DNA of 64,000 bases. It comes from Eledone cirrhosa (lineage: Eukaryota). The notes beneath the pieces were generated by a model that worked only from the letters and a program-made list of their open reading frames with translations, was not told the DNA's origin and made no database searches. The stretch covers positions 22,258,001 to 22,322,000 of the forward strand of contig OZ024742.1 of assembly GCA_964016885.1 (NCBI GenBank), written 5' to 3'. This document shows, piece by piece, positions 23,505 through 36,100 of this stretch; the first letter of the stretch is position 1; every line of letters begins with the position of its first letter. A program made the translations under genes and the position numbers.

Positions 23505-24260
23505 CCTTTACACTGTGGTCAGTGGATACATATATTATGAGAGTGGTGGTCACATGACCACTACATTGAGGTCAGTTGATACATATATTATGAGAGTAGT
23601 GGTCACATGACCACTACACTGTGGTCATCACCACCGTCATCATTTTACGTCCGCTTTTCCCTGCTTGCAAGGGTGGGACGGGTCTTATTCAGCACAGCAT
23701 CTCTCGACTTGTCACGGTCCTTCGTCATCTCCGCCGTGAGCTTCAGTGATCTGAGGTCTGTTCTCACCACCTCCGCCCATGTTTTTCGTGGTCTACCTCT
23801 ACCACATCTTCCTTCAACTGGCATTTCCTGGCACTTCTTCAACCATCAATCATCCTCCATGCGCATCACATGTCCATACCACTGCAGTCTCCTCTCTCGC
23901 ACACTATATTCTATCCCTCTCAGACACAGTTTCTCTCTCAACACATCCATGCTGGGTCGTTCACACACATTGACATTGCACATCCAACAGAGCATGCTTG
24001 CCTCATTTCTCTCCAGCCGTCACATAGCCTCTGCAGTTGCTCCCCAAGTCTCACTACCATGCAGCATCGCGCTCCTCACACAGGCATCATATAACCGGCC
24101 TTTCGTACGCAGGGAGAAACCCTTCTTCATCAGCAGAGGAAGCAGCTCCCTAAACTTCTTCAGTAGATACATATATTATGAGAGTAGTGGTCACATGACC
24201 ACTACACTCTGTGGTCAGTAGATACATATATTATGAGAGTGGGGGTCATATGACTTCCAC
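23505..24260. repeat. 53-55-bp minisatellite containing a perfect hairpin, interrupted by an RTE
   Basis: gatacatatattatgagagt at 23525, 23578, 24166 and 24221; the unit contains GTAGTGGTCA-ca-TGACCACTAC. Confidence 0.88.
23628..24160 (-). mobile_element. 5'-truncated RTE-clade LINE (C-terminal part, disrupted)
   Basis: Minus-strand KKFRELLPLL...LHGSETW...WYGHVMRM...GRGRPRKTW...[12 protein letters not shown], homologous to 9000-9505. Confidence 0.9.
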
Positions 24261-24269
24261 TACATTTCT

Positions 24270-24545
24270 TTGGCATAGAGTTACGGTAATTTACATTCTG
24301 AGTTCAAATCCTGCCGAGGTTTGCTTTGACTTTCATCCTTACAGGTTCAATAAAATAAAGTACCAGTAACATACTGGGCTCGATTTAATCGACTTTCCCC
24401 TCCCGCCAAATTGTTATCCTTGTGCCTGAATCAGAAACCATTATTATTATTACCATTAGTGGGTGGATTGGCAGAATCAGTAGAGCATCAGATAACATAC
24501 TTCACAGCATTGTTGTCCTTGTGCCTAAATCAGAAATTATTATTA
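24270..24545 (+). mobile_element. Meta-domain SINE plus an internally deleted second copy, with (ATT)n tails
   Basis: ctgagttcaaatcctgccgagg...ctttcatcctt...aataaagtaccagt...ccttgtgcct. Confidence 0.78.
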
Positions 24546-25129
24546 TTATTATTATCACATAACGACCTTAGAGAATGAAAAATGAAGATTTATAACCATT
24601 TGGTATGATAAATAACAAATCAAATGTTTATGATATAAAGTGGAGATTATGTGATAAATTGTGTATCACACAGTGCTGTTAGTAGTATGAGATAATTAAG
24701 TGGAATCATAGAATAAATTGTTATGGAGAGTAACAAATATATGATAAATGATATATTTTATGGGGTGGTAGTTGTATAATAGAGGTAGTTGTATTGGATA
24801 ATACAAGGCTTTGATAATGAGTATTTCATAATTTGCTGTTTAGATTAAGTTAACGTAGAGAGTAATTGTACAGAAAATAGATGGTTATGTATCAAAAGTA
24901 TTGTAATAACTATATACTTGAGATTAACCTTCCAGTATTCCTCTTTTGACTTTGTTGCTGACTTTTTGAACACTGTGGCCAAAGTCACAACTTCAGCAGT
25001 ATGCGCCCCTTCAGAGAAATAGCGGCTTTACTTGGAGTTACTCTCTGACATCTGAGTGAAATCTACTATAGCTCTGCACACTTAAATTAACAGATACATA
25101 TTTACCCCCCCCCCCACAACATATACATA

Positions 25130-26790
25130 CACACTGAAAAGTAGTTGTTTTGGTGCCACAACAAAAAGTACCCAGTCCACACTGTAAAGTGGTCATGTAG
25201 GTGTAAATGACAAAAAGTACCCAGCCCACACTGCAAAGTAGTCATGTAGGTGTAAATGACAAAAAGTACACAGTCCACACTGTAAAGTGGTCATGTAGGT
25301 GTAAATGACAAAAAGTACCCAGTCCACACTGTAAAGTGGTCATGTAGGTGTAAATGACAAAAAGTACCCAGCCCACACTGCAAAGTAGTCATGTAGGTGT
25401 AAATGACAAAAAGTACACAGTCCACACTGTAAAGTGGTCATGTAGGTGTCATGACAAAAAGTACACAGTCCACACTGTAAAGTGGTCATGTAGGTGTAAA
25501 TGACAAAAAGTACCCAGTCCACACTGTAAAGTGGTCATGTAGGTGTAAATGACAAAAAGTACCCAGCCCACACTGTAAAGTGGTCATGTAGGTGTAAATG
25601 ACAAAAAGTACCCAGTCCACACTGTAAAGTGGTCATGTAGGTGTAAATGACAAAAAGTACACAGTCCACACTGTAAAGTGGTCATGTAGGTGTCATGACA
25701 AAAAGTACCCAGTCCACACTGTAAAGTGGTCATGTAGGTGTAAATGACAAAAAGTACACAGTCCACACTGTAAAGTGGTCATGTAGGTGTCATGACAAAA
25801 AGTACCCAGTCCACACTGTAAAGTGGTCATGTAGGTGTAAATGACAAAAAGTACACAGTCCACACTGTAAAGTGGTCATGTAGGTGTAAATGACAAAAAG
25901 TACCCAGTCCACACTGTAAAGTGGTCATGTAGGTGTAAATGACAAAAAGTACCCAGTCCACACTGTAAAGTGGTCATGTAGGTGTAAATGACAAAAAGTA
26001 CCCAGTCCACACTGTAAAGTGGTCATGTAGGTGTAAATGACAAAAAGTACACAGTCCACACTGTAAAGTGGTCATGTAGGTGTAAATGACAAAAAGTACA
26101 CAGTCCACACTGTAAAGTGGTCATGTAGGTGTCATGACAAAAAGTACCCAGTCCACACTGTAAAGTGGTCATGTAGGTGTAAATGACAAAAAGTACACAG
26201 TCCACACTGTAAAGTGGTCATGTAGGTGTAAATGACAAAAAGTACACAGTCCACACTGTAAAGTGGTCATGTAGGTGTAAATGACAAAAAGTACCAAGTC
26301 CACACTGTAAAGTGGTCATGTAGGTGTAAATGACAAAAAGTACCCAGCCCACACTGTAAAGTGGTCATGTAGGTGTAAATGACAAAAAGTACACAGTCCA
26401 CACTGTAAAGTGGTCATGTAGGTGTAAATGACAAAAAGTACACAGTCCACACTGTAAAGTGGTCATGTAGGTGTCATGACAAAAAGTACCCGGCCCACAC
26501 TGAAAGTGGTTGTGTTGGTGTCATGAAAAAAAAAAAGCCCACACGGTAAAGTGGTCATGTAGATGTCACAACAAAACGTACCCAGTCCACACTGTAAAGT
26601 GGTCATTTTGGTGTCACGATAAAAAGCACCCAGCCCACATTTTAAAATGGTCATGCTGGTGTCATGACAAAAAAAACCCAGCCCACACTGTAAAGTGGTG
26701 ATGTAGGTGACACGACAAAAAGCACCCAGCCCACACTGTAAAGTAGTCATGTAGGTGTCACAACAAAAGGTGCCAGTACTCACTGTAAAG
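25130..26790 (+). repeat. 49/48-bp minisatellite, ~34 copies
   Basis: Unit cacactgtaaagtggtcatgtaggtgtaaatgacaaaaagtacccagtc; homogeneous centre with diverged terminal units. Confidence 0.95.
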
Positions 26791-26952
26791 TGGTTGGTGT
26801 TAGGAAGGGCATCCAGCTGTAAAAATCAAGCTAAAAGCAGTTCAGTATGAGGAAGACATGGTCATCTGACCTGGCATTTCTCACAACAGGACAATTGGTC
26901 TAAGCCATGCAAGTGAGGAAAAATGGACGTAAAACAATAGCGATGATAATGA
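26780..26952 (+). mobile_element. RTE 3' UTR/tail contiguous with the 49-bp array
   Basis: ggttggtgttaggaagggcatccagctgta...cacaacaggacaa...ggacgtaaaac aligns with 9640-9790. Confidence 0.85.
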
Positions 26953-27176
26953 GACACTATTAGCCATTTATCCACATAACTTCCTCCACCCAATCCAATG
27001 ATTCTAATGACACTGTCAGTTCCTCTTCTACTGAAATTATTTTAATGTTTCTAATTCAATCAGTATTTCTTTTTGTTTGATTTGTGTTCTGTCCTCATAT
27101 CTTTAGCTATTTAAATCTGTTTTATTCACGTCTCCATGGAAACTATATGGTAGAATCTTAAATTGTTTGTAAATAC

Positions 27177-30100
27177 GGTGGTGGTGGTGATGGTGATTGT
27201 GGTTGTGGTGATGGAGCTGGTGGTGATGGTGGTGGTGATGGAGATGGTGGTTTTGGTGATGGAGGTGGTGGTGATTGTGGTTGTGGTGATGGAGGTGGTG
27301 GTGATGGTGGTGGTGATGGTGATGGTGGTTGTGGTGATGGAGGTGGTGGTGATGGAGGTTGTGGTTGTGGTGATGGAGCTGGTGGTGATGGTGGTGGTGA
27401 TGGTGATGGTGGTTGTGGTGATGGAGGTGGTGGTGATGGTGGTGATGGTGATGGAGGTTGTGGTGATGGTGGTGGTGGTGATGGTGGTGGTGGTGGTGAT
27501 GGAGGTTGTGGTGATGGTGGTGGTGATGGTGATGGTGGTTGTGGTGATGGAGGTGGTGGTGATGGTGATTGTGGTTGTGGTGATGGAGCTGGTGGTGATG
27601 GTGGTGGTGATGGTGATGGTGGTTGTGGTGATGGAGGTGGTGGTGATGGTGGTGATGGTGATGGAGGTTGTGGTGATGGTGGTTGTGTTGATGGTGGTTG
27701 TGGTGATGGTGGTTGTGGTGATGGTGGTTGTGGTGATGGAGGTGGTGGTGATGGTGGTTGTGGTGATGGTGGTTGTGGTGATGGTGGTTGTGGTGATGGT
27801 GGTGGTGGTGATGGAGGTTGTGGTGATGGTGGTGGTGGTGATGGTGGTGGTGGTGATGGAGGTGGTGGTGATGGAGGTGGTGGTGATGGTGGTGGTGGTG
27901 ATGGTGGTTGTGGTGATGGTGCTGTGGTGATGGTGGTGGTGGTGATGGAGGAGGTGGTGATGGTGGTTGTGGTGACGGTGGTTGTGGTGATGGTGGTTGT
28001 GGTGATAGTGGTTGTGGTGATGGTGGCTGTGGTGATGGTGGTGGTGGTGATGGAGGTGGTGGTGATGGCGGTTGTGGTGATGGAGGTGGTGGTGATGGTG
28101 GTGGTGGTGATGGTGGTTGTGGTGATGGAGGTGGTGGTGATGGAGGTGGTGGTGATGGAGGTTGTGGTGATGGAGGTTGTGGTGATGGAGGTTGTGGTGA
28201 TGGAGGTTGTGGTGATGGAGGTTGTGGTGATGGAGGTTGTGGTGATGGTGGTGTGGTGATAGTGGTGGTGGTGATGGTGGTTGTGGTGATGGAGGTGGTG
28301 GTGATGGAGGTTGTGGTGATGGAGGTTGTGGTGATGGTGGTGGTGGTGATGGAGGTTGTGGTGATGGAGGTTGTGGTGATGGTGGTGGTGGTGATGGTGG
28401 TTGTGGTGATGGAGGTGGTGGTGATGGAGGTTGTGGTGATGGAGGTTGTGGTGATGGAGGTTGTGGTGATGGAGGTTGTGGTGATGGAGGTGGTGGTGAT
28501 GGAGGTTGTGGTGATGGAGGTTGTGGTGATGGAGGTGGTGGTGATGGAGGTTGTGGTGATGGTGGTGGTGGTGATGGAGGTTGTGGTGATGGAGGTTGTG
28601 GTGATAGTGGTGGTGGTGATGGAGGTGGTGGTGATGGAGGTTGTGGTGATGGTGGTTGTGGTGATGGAGGTTGTGGTGATAGTGGTGGTGGTGATGGAGG
28701 TTGTGGTGATGGAGGTTGTGGTGATGGAGGTTGTGGTGATGGAGGTGGTGGTGATGGAGGTTGTGGTGATGGTGGTTGTGGTGATGGTGGTGGTGGTGAT
28801 GGTGGTGGTGGTGATGGAGGTTGTGGTGATGGAGGTTGTGGTGATGGTGGTTGTGGTGATGGTGGTGGTGGTGATGGAGGTTGTGGTGATGGAGGTTGTG
28901 GTGATGGAGGTTGTGGTGATGGTGGTTGTGGTGATGGAGGTGGTGGTGATGGAGGTTGTGGTGATGGAGGTGGTGGTGATGGAGGTTGTGGTGATGGAGG
29001 TGGTGGTGATGGTGGTGGTGGTGATGGTGGTTGTGGTGATGGAGGTGGTGGTGATGGTGGTGGTGGTGATGGTGGTTGTGCTGATGGAGGTGGTGGTGAT
29101 GGAGGTTGTGGTGATGGTGGTTGTGGTGATGGAGGTTGTGGTGATGGAGGTGGTGGTGATGGAGGTTGTGGTGATGGAGGTGGTGGTGATGGAGGTTGTG
29201 GTGATGGAGGTGGTGGTGATGGTGGTGGTGGTGATGGTGGTTGTGGTGATGGAGGTGGTGGTGATGGAGGTTGTGGTGATGGAGGTGGTGGTGATGGTGG
29301 TGGTGGTGATGGTGGTTGTGGTGATGGAGGTGGTGGTGATGGTGGTGGTGGTGATGGGGTTGTGGTGATGGGGTGGTGGTGATGGAGGTTGTGGTGATGG
29401 AGGTGGTCGTGATGGTGGTGGTGGTGATGGAGGTTGTGGTGATGGAGGTGGTGGTGATGGAGGTTGTGGTGATGGAGGTGGTGGTGATGGAGGTTGTGGT
29501 GATGGAGGTGGTGGTGATGGTGGTGGTGGTGATGGAGGTTGTGGTGATGGAGGTGGTGGTGATGGAGGTTGTGGTGATGGAGGTGGTGGTGATGGTGGTG
29601 GTGGTGATGGAGGTTGTGGTGATGGAGGTTGTGGTGATGGAGGTTGTGGTGATGGAGGTGGTGGTGATGGAGGTTGTGGTGATGGAGGTGGTGGTGATGG
29701 AGGTTGTGGTGATGGAGGTGGTGGTGATGGTGGTGGTGGTGATGGTGGTTGTGGTGATGGAGGTGGTGGTGATGGTGGTGGTGGTGATGGTGGTTGTGGT
29801 GATGGAGGTGGTGGTGATGGAGGTTGTGGTGATGGTGGTTGTGGTGATGGTGGTGGTGGTGATGGAGGTGTGGTGATGGAGGTTGTGGTGATGGAGGTGG
29901 TGGTGATGGAGGTTGTGGTGATGGAGGTGGTGGTGATGGAGGTGGTGGTGATGGAGGTTGTGGTGATGGAGGTTGTGGTGATGGAGGTTGTGGTGATGGT
30001 GGTGGTGGTGATGGAGTTGTGGTGATGGAGGTGGTGGTGATGGTGGTGGTGGTGATGGTGGTTGTGCTGATGGAGGTGGTGGTGATGGAGGTTGTGGTGA

Positions 30101-33100
30101 TGGTGGTTGTGGTGATGGAGGTGGTGGTGATGGAGATTGTGGTGATGGAGGTTGTGGTGATGGAGGTGGTGGTGATGGTGGTTGTGGTGATGGAGGTGGT
30201 GGTGATGGAGGTTGTGGTGATGGTGGTTGTGGTGATGGTGGTTGTGGTGATGGAGGTGGTGGTGATGGTGGTTGTGGTGATGGAGGTGGTGGTGATGGTG
30301 GTTGTGGTGATGGAGGTGGTGGTGATGGAGGTTGTGGTGATGGAGGTGGTGGTGATGGAGGTTGTGGTGTTGGAGGTGGTGGTGATGGTGGTTGTGGTGA
30401 TGGAGGTTGTGGTGATGGAGGTGGTGGTGATGGAGGTGGTGGTGATGGAGATTGTGGTGTGGTGGTGTGGGAGGGTTGTGGTGATGGAGGTTGTGGTGAT
30501 GGTGGTGGTGGTGATGGAGGTTGTGGTGATGGTGGTTGTGGTGATGGAAGTTGTGGTGATGGTGGTTGTGGTGATGGAGGTGGTGGTGATGGAGGTGGTG
30601 GTGATGGTGGTTGTGGTGATGGTGGTTGTGGTGATGGAGGTGGTGGTGATGGAGGTGGTGGTGATGGTGGTTGTGGTGATGGAGGTGGTGGTGATGGAGG
30701 TTGTGGTGATGGTGGTGGTGGTGATGGAGGTTGTGGTGATGGTGGTTGTGGTGAGGAGTTGTGGTGATGGTGGTTGTGGTGATAGTGGTGGTGGTGATGG
30801 AGGTGGTGGTGATGGTGGTTGTGGTGATGGTGGTTGTGGTGATGGAGGTGGTGGTGATGGAGGTGGTGGTGATGGTGGTTGTGGTGATGGAGGTGGTGGT
30901 GATGGAGGTTGTGGTGATGGTGGTTGTGGTGATGGAAGTTGTGGTGATGGTGGTTGTGGTGTAGTGGTGGTGGTGATGGAGGTGGTGGTGATGGTGGTTG
31001 TGGTGATGGTGGTGTGGTGATGGAGGTGGTGGTGATGGAGGTGGTGGTGATGGTGGTTGTGGTGATGGTGGTGGTGGTGATGGAGGTTGTGGTGATGGTG
31101 GTGGTGGTGATGGAGGTTGTGGTGATGGTGGTTGTGGTGATGGAAGTTGTGGTGATGGTGGTTGTGGTGATAGTGGTGGTGGTGATGGAGGTGGTGGTGA
31201 TGGTGGTTGTGGTGATGGTGGTTGTGGTGATGGAGGTGGTGGTGATGGAGGTGGTGGTGATGGTGGTTGTGGTGATGGAGGTGGTGGTGATGGAGGTTGT
31301 GGTGATGGTGGTTGTGGTGATGGAGGTGGTGGTGATGGTGGTGGTGGTGATGGTGGTTGTGGTGATGGAGGTGGTGGTGATGGTGGTTGTGGTGATAGTG
31401 GTGGTGGTGATGGAGGTTGTGGTGATGGAGGTGGTGGTGATGGTGGTGGTGGTGATGGTGGTTGTGGTGATGGAGGTTGTGGTGATGGTGGTTGTGGTGA
31501 TGTGGTGGTGGTGATGGAGGTTGTGGTGATGGAGGTGGTGGTGATGGTGGTGGTGGTGATGGTGGTTGTGGTGATGGAGGTGGTGGTGATGGTGGTTGTG
31601 GTGATGGAGGTGGTGGTGATGGTGGTTGTGGTGATGGAGGTGGTGGTGATGGAGGTTGTGGTGATGGAGGTTGTGGTGATGGAGGTGGTGGTGATGGAGG
31701 TTGTGGTGATGGAGGTGGTGGTGATGGAGGTTGTGGTGATGGTGGTTGTGGTGATGGAGGTTGTGGTGATGGTGGTTGTGGTGATGGAGGTTGTGGTGAT
31801 GGAGGTTGTGGTGATGGTGGTGGTGGTGATGGAGGTGGTGGTGATGGAGGTTGTGGTGATGGTGGTTGTGGTGATGGAGGTGGTGGTGATGGAGGTTGTG
31901 GTGATGGAGGTTGTGGTGATGGAGGTTGTGGTGATGGAGGTTGTGGTGATGGTGGTGGTGGTGATGGAGGTGGTGGTGATGGAGGTTGTGGTGATGGTGG
32001 TTGTGGTGATGGAGGTGGTGTTGATGGTGGTGGTGGTGATGGTGGTTGTGGTGATGGTGGTTGTGGTGATGGAGGTGGTGGTGATGGAGGTTGTGGTGAT
32101 GGAGGTGGTGGTGATGGAGGTTGTGGTGATGGAGGTGGTGGTGATGGAGGTTGTGGAGATGGTGGTTGTGCTGATGGAGGTGGTGGTGATGGTGGTTGTG
32201 GTGATGGAGGTGGTGGTGATGGAGATTGTGGTGATGGAGGTTGTGGTGATGGAGGTTGTGGTGATGGTGGTGGTGGTGATGGAGGTGGTGGTGATGGTGG
32301 TTGTGGTGATGGAGGTGGTGGTGATGGAGGTTGTGGTGATGGTGGTTGTGGTGATGGTGGTTGTGGTGATGGAGGTTGTGGTGATGGAGGTTGTGGTGAT
32401 GGAGGTTGTGGTGATGGAGGTTGTGGTGATGGAGGTTGTGGTGATGGTGGTTGTGGTGATGGAGGTTGTGGTGATGGAGGTTGTGGTGATGGAGGTGGTG
32501 GTGATGGAGGTTGTGGTGATGGTGGTTGTGGTGATGGAGGTTGTGGTGATGGTGGTTGTGGTGATGGTGGTTGTGGTGATGGAGGTTGTGGTGATGGAGG
32601 TGGTGGTGATGGAGGTTGTGGTGATGGAGGTTGTGGTGATGGTGGTTGTGGTGATGGAGGTGGTGGTGATGGAGGTTGTGGTGATGGTGGTTGTGGTGAT
32701 GGAGGTTGTGGTGATGGAGGTTGTGGTGATGGTGGTTGTGGTGGTGGTGGTGGTGGTGATGGAGGTGGTGGTGATGGAGGTTGTGGTGATGGTGGTTGTT
32801 GTGATGGAGGTTGTGGTGATGGTGGTGGTGGTGATGGAGGTGGTGGTGATGGAGGTTGTGGTGATGGAGATTGTGGTGATGGAGGTTGTGGTGATGGAGG
32901 TTGTGGTGATGGTGGTTGTGGTGGTGGTGGTGGTGGTGATGGAGGTTGTGGTGATGGAGGTTGTGGTGATGGAGGTTGTGGTGATGGTGGTTGTGGTGAT
33001 GGAGGTTGTGGTGATGGAGGTGGTGGTGATGGAGGTTGTGGTGATGGTGGTTGTGGTGGTGGTGGTGGTGGTGATGGAGGTGGTGGTGATGGAGGTGGTG

Positions 33101-36100
33101 GTGATGGAGGTTGTGGTGATGGTGGTTGTTGTGATGGAGGTTGTGGTGATGGTGGTGGTGGTGATGGAGGTGGTGGTGATGGAGGTTGTGGTGATGGTGG
33201 TTGTGGTGGTGGTGGTGGTGGTGATGGAGGTGGTGGTGATGGAGGTGGTGGTGATGGTGGTGTGGTGATGGTGGTTGTTGTGATGGAGGTTGTGGTGATG
33301 GAGGTGGTGGTGATGGAAGTTGTGGTGATGGTGGTGGTGGTGATGGAGGTGGTGGTGATGGTGGTTGTGGTGATGGTGGTTGTGGTGATGGTGGTTGTGG
33401 TGATGGTGGTGGTGGTGATGGAGGTTGTGGTGATGGTGGTGGTGGTGATGGTGGTGGTGGTGATGGAGGTGGTGGTGATGGTGGTTGTGGTGATGGAGGT
33501 GGTGGTGATGGAGGTTGTGGTGATGGAGGTTGTGGTGATGGAGGTGGTGTTGATGGTGGTGGTGGTGATGGAGGTGGTGGTGATGGAGGTGGTGGTGATG
33601 GAGGTGGTGGTGATGGAGGTGGTGGTGATGGTGGTGGTGGTGATGGTGCTGTGGTGATGGAGGTGGTGGTGATGGTGGTTGTGGTGATGGAGGTGGTGGT
33701 GATGGAGGTTGTGGTGATGGTGGTGGTGGTGATGGTGGTTGTGGTGATGGAGGTGGTGGTGATGGAGGTGGTGGTGATGGTGGTGGTGGTGATGGTGGTT
33801 GTGGTGATGGAGGTTGTGGTGATGGAGGTTTTGGTGATGGAGGTGGTGGTGATGGTGGTTGTGGTGATGGTGGTGGTGGTGATAGTGGTTGTGGTGATGG
33901 TGGTGGTGGTGATGGTGGTTGTGGTGATGGAGGTGGTGGTGATGGTGGTGGTGGTGATGGTGGTTGGGGTGATGGAGGTTGTGGTGATGGAGGTTGTGGT
34001 GATGGTGGTGGTGGTGATGGAGGTGGTGGTGATGGAGGTGGTGGTGATGGAGGTTGTGGTGATGGTGGTGGTGGTGATGGTGGTTGTGGTGATGGTGGTT
34101 GTGGTGATGGAGGTGGTGGTGATGGAGGTTGTGGTGATAGTGGTGGTGGTGATGGTGGTTGTGGTGATGGAGGTGGTGGTGATGGTGGTTGTGGTGATGG
34201 AGGTTGTGGTGATGGTGGTGGTGGTGATGGTGGTTGGGGTGATGGAGGTTGTGGTGATGGAGGTTGTGGTGATGGTGGTGGTGGTGATGGTGGTTGTGGT
34301 GATGGTGGTTGTGGTGATGGAGGTGGTGGTGATGGAGGTGGTGGTGATGGAGGTTGTGGTGATGGTGGTGGTGGTGATGGTGGTTGTGGTGATGGTGGTT
34401 GTGGTGATGGAGGTGGTGGTGATGGAGGTGGTGGTGATGGAGGTTGTGGTGATGGTGGTTGTGGTGATGGTGGTTGTGGTGATGGTGGTTGTGGTGATGG
34501 AGGTGGTGGTGATGGTGGTTGTGGTGATGGAGGTGGTGGTGATGGAGGTTCTGGTGATGGTGGTGGTGGTGATGGCGGTTGTGGTGATGGAGGTTGTGGT
34601 GATGGTGGTGGTGGTGATGGTGGTGGTGGTGATGGTGGTGGTGGTGATGGTGGTTGTGGTGATGGAGGTGGTGGTGATGGAGGTGGTGGTGATGGTGGTG
34701 GTGGTGATGGTGGTTGTGGTGATGGAGGTTGTGGTGATGGTGGTGGTGGTGATGGTGGTTGTGGTGATGGAGGTGGTGGTGATGGTGGTGGTGGTGATGG
34801 TGGTTGTGGTGATGGAGGTGGTGGTGATGGTGGTTGTGGTGATGGAGGTGGTGGTGATGGAGGTGGTGGTGATGGTGGTGGTGGTGATGGTGGTTGTGGT
34901 GATGGAGGTTGTGGTGATGGTGGTGGTGGTGATGGTGGTTGTGGTGATGGAGGTGGTGGTGATGGTGGTGGTGGTGATGGTGGTTGTGGTGATGGAGGTG
35001 GTGGTGATGGTGGTTGTGGTGATGGAGGTTGTGGTGATGGTGGTGGTGGTGATGGTGGTTGGGGTGATGGAGGTTGTGGTGATGGAGGTTGTGGTGATGG
35101 TGGTGGTGGTGATGGTGGTTGTGGTGATGGTGGTTGTGGTGATGGAGGTGGTGGTGATGGAGGTGGTGGTGATGGAGGTTGTGGTGATGGTGGTGGTGGT
35201 GATGGTGGTTGTGGTGATGGTGGTTGTGGTGATGGAGGTGGTGGTGATGGAGGTGGTGGTGATGGAGGTTGTGGTGATGGTGGTTGTGGTGATGGTGGTT
35301 GTGGTGATGGTGGTTGTGGTGATGGAGGTTGTGGTGATGGAGGTTGTGCTGATGGTGGTGGTGGTGATGGTGGTTGTGGTGATGGAGGTGGTGGTGATGA
35401 TGGTTGTGGTGATGGAGGTGGTGGTGATGGAGGTTGTGGTGATGGTGGTGGTGGTGATGGCGGTTGTGGTGATGGAGGTTGTGGTGATGGTGGTGGTGGT
35501 GATGGTGGTGGTGGTGATGGTGGTGGTGGTGATGGTGGTTGTGGTGATGGAGTTGGTGGTGATGGCGGTTGTGGTGATGGAGGTGGTGGTGATGGAGGTG
35601 GTGGTGATGGTGGTGGTGGTGATGGTGGTTGTCGTGATGGTGGTGGTGGTGATGGAGGTTGTGCTGATGGAGGTGGTGGTGATGGAGGTTGTGGTGATGG
35701 TGGTTGTGGTGATGGAGGTTGTGGTGATGGTGGTGGTGGTGATGGTGGTTGTGGTGATGGAAGTTGTGGTGATGGTGGTTGTGGTGATGGAGGTGGTGGT
35801 GATGTAGGTTGTGGTGATGGAGGTTGTGGTGATGGAGGTGGTGGTGATGGAGGTGGTGGTGATGGTGGTGGTGGTGATGGTGGTTGTGGTGATGGAGGTG
35901 GTGGTGATGGAGGTGGTGGTGATGGAAGTTGTGGTGATGGAGGTGGTGGTGATGGAGGTGGTGGTGATGGAGGTGGTGGTGATGGTGGTTGTGGTGATGG
36001 AGGTGGTGGTGATGGTGGTGGTGGTGATGGAGGTGGTGGTGATGGTGGTTGTGGTGATAGAAGTGGTGGTGATGGTGGTTGTGGTGATGGAGGTTGTGGT

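Noticed and set aside
25130-26790. CRISPR-like appearance of the 49-bp array
   Set aside because: No unique spacers, no cas genes, eukaryotic context; the unit derives from a retroposon UTR
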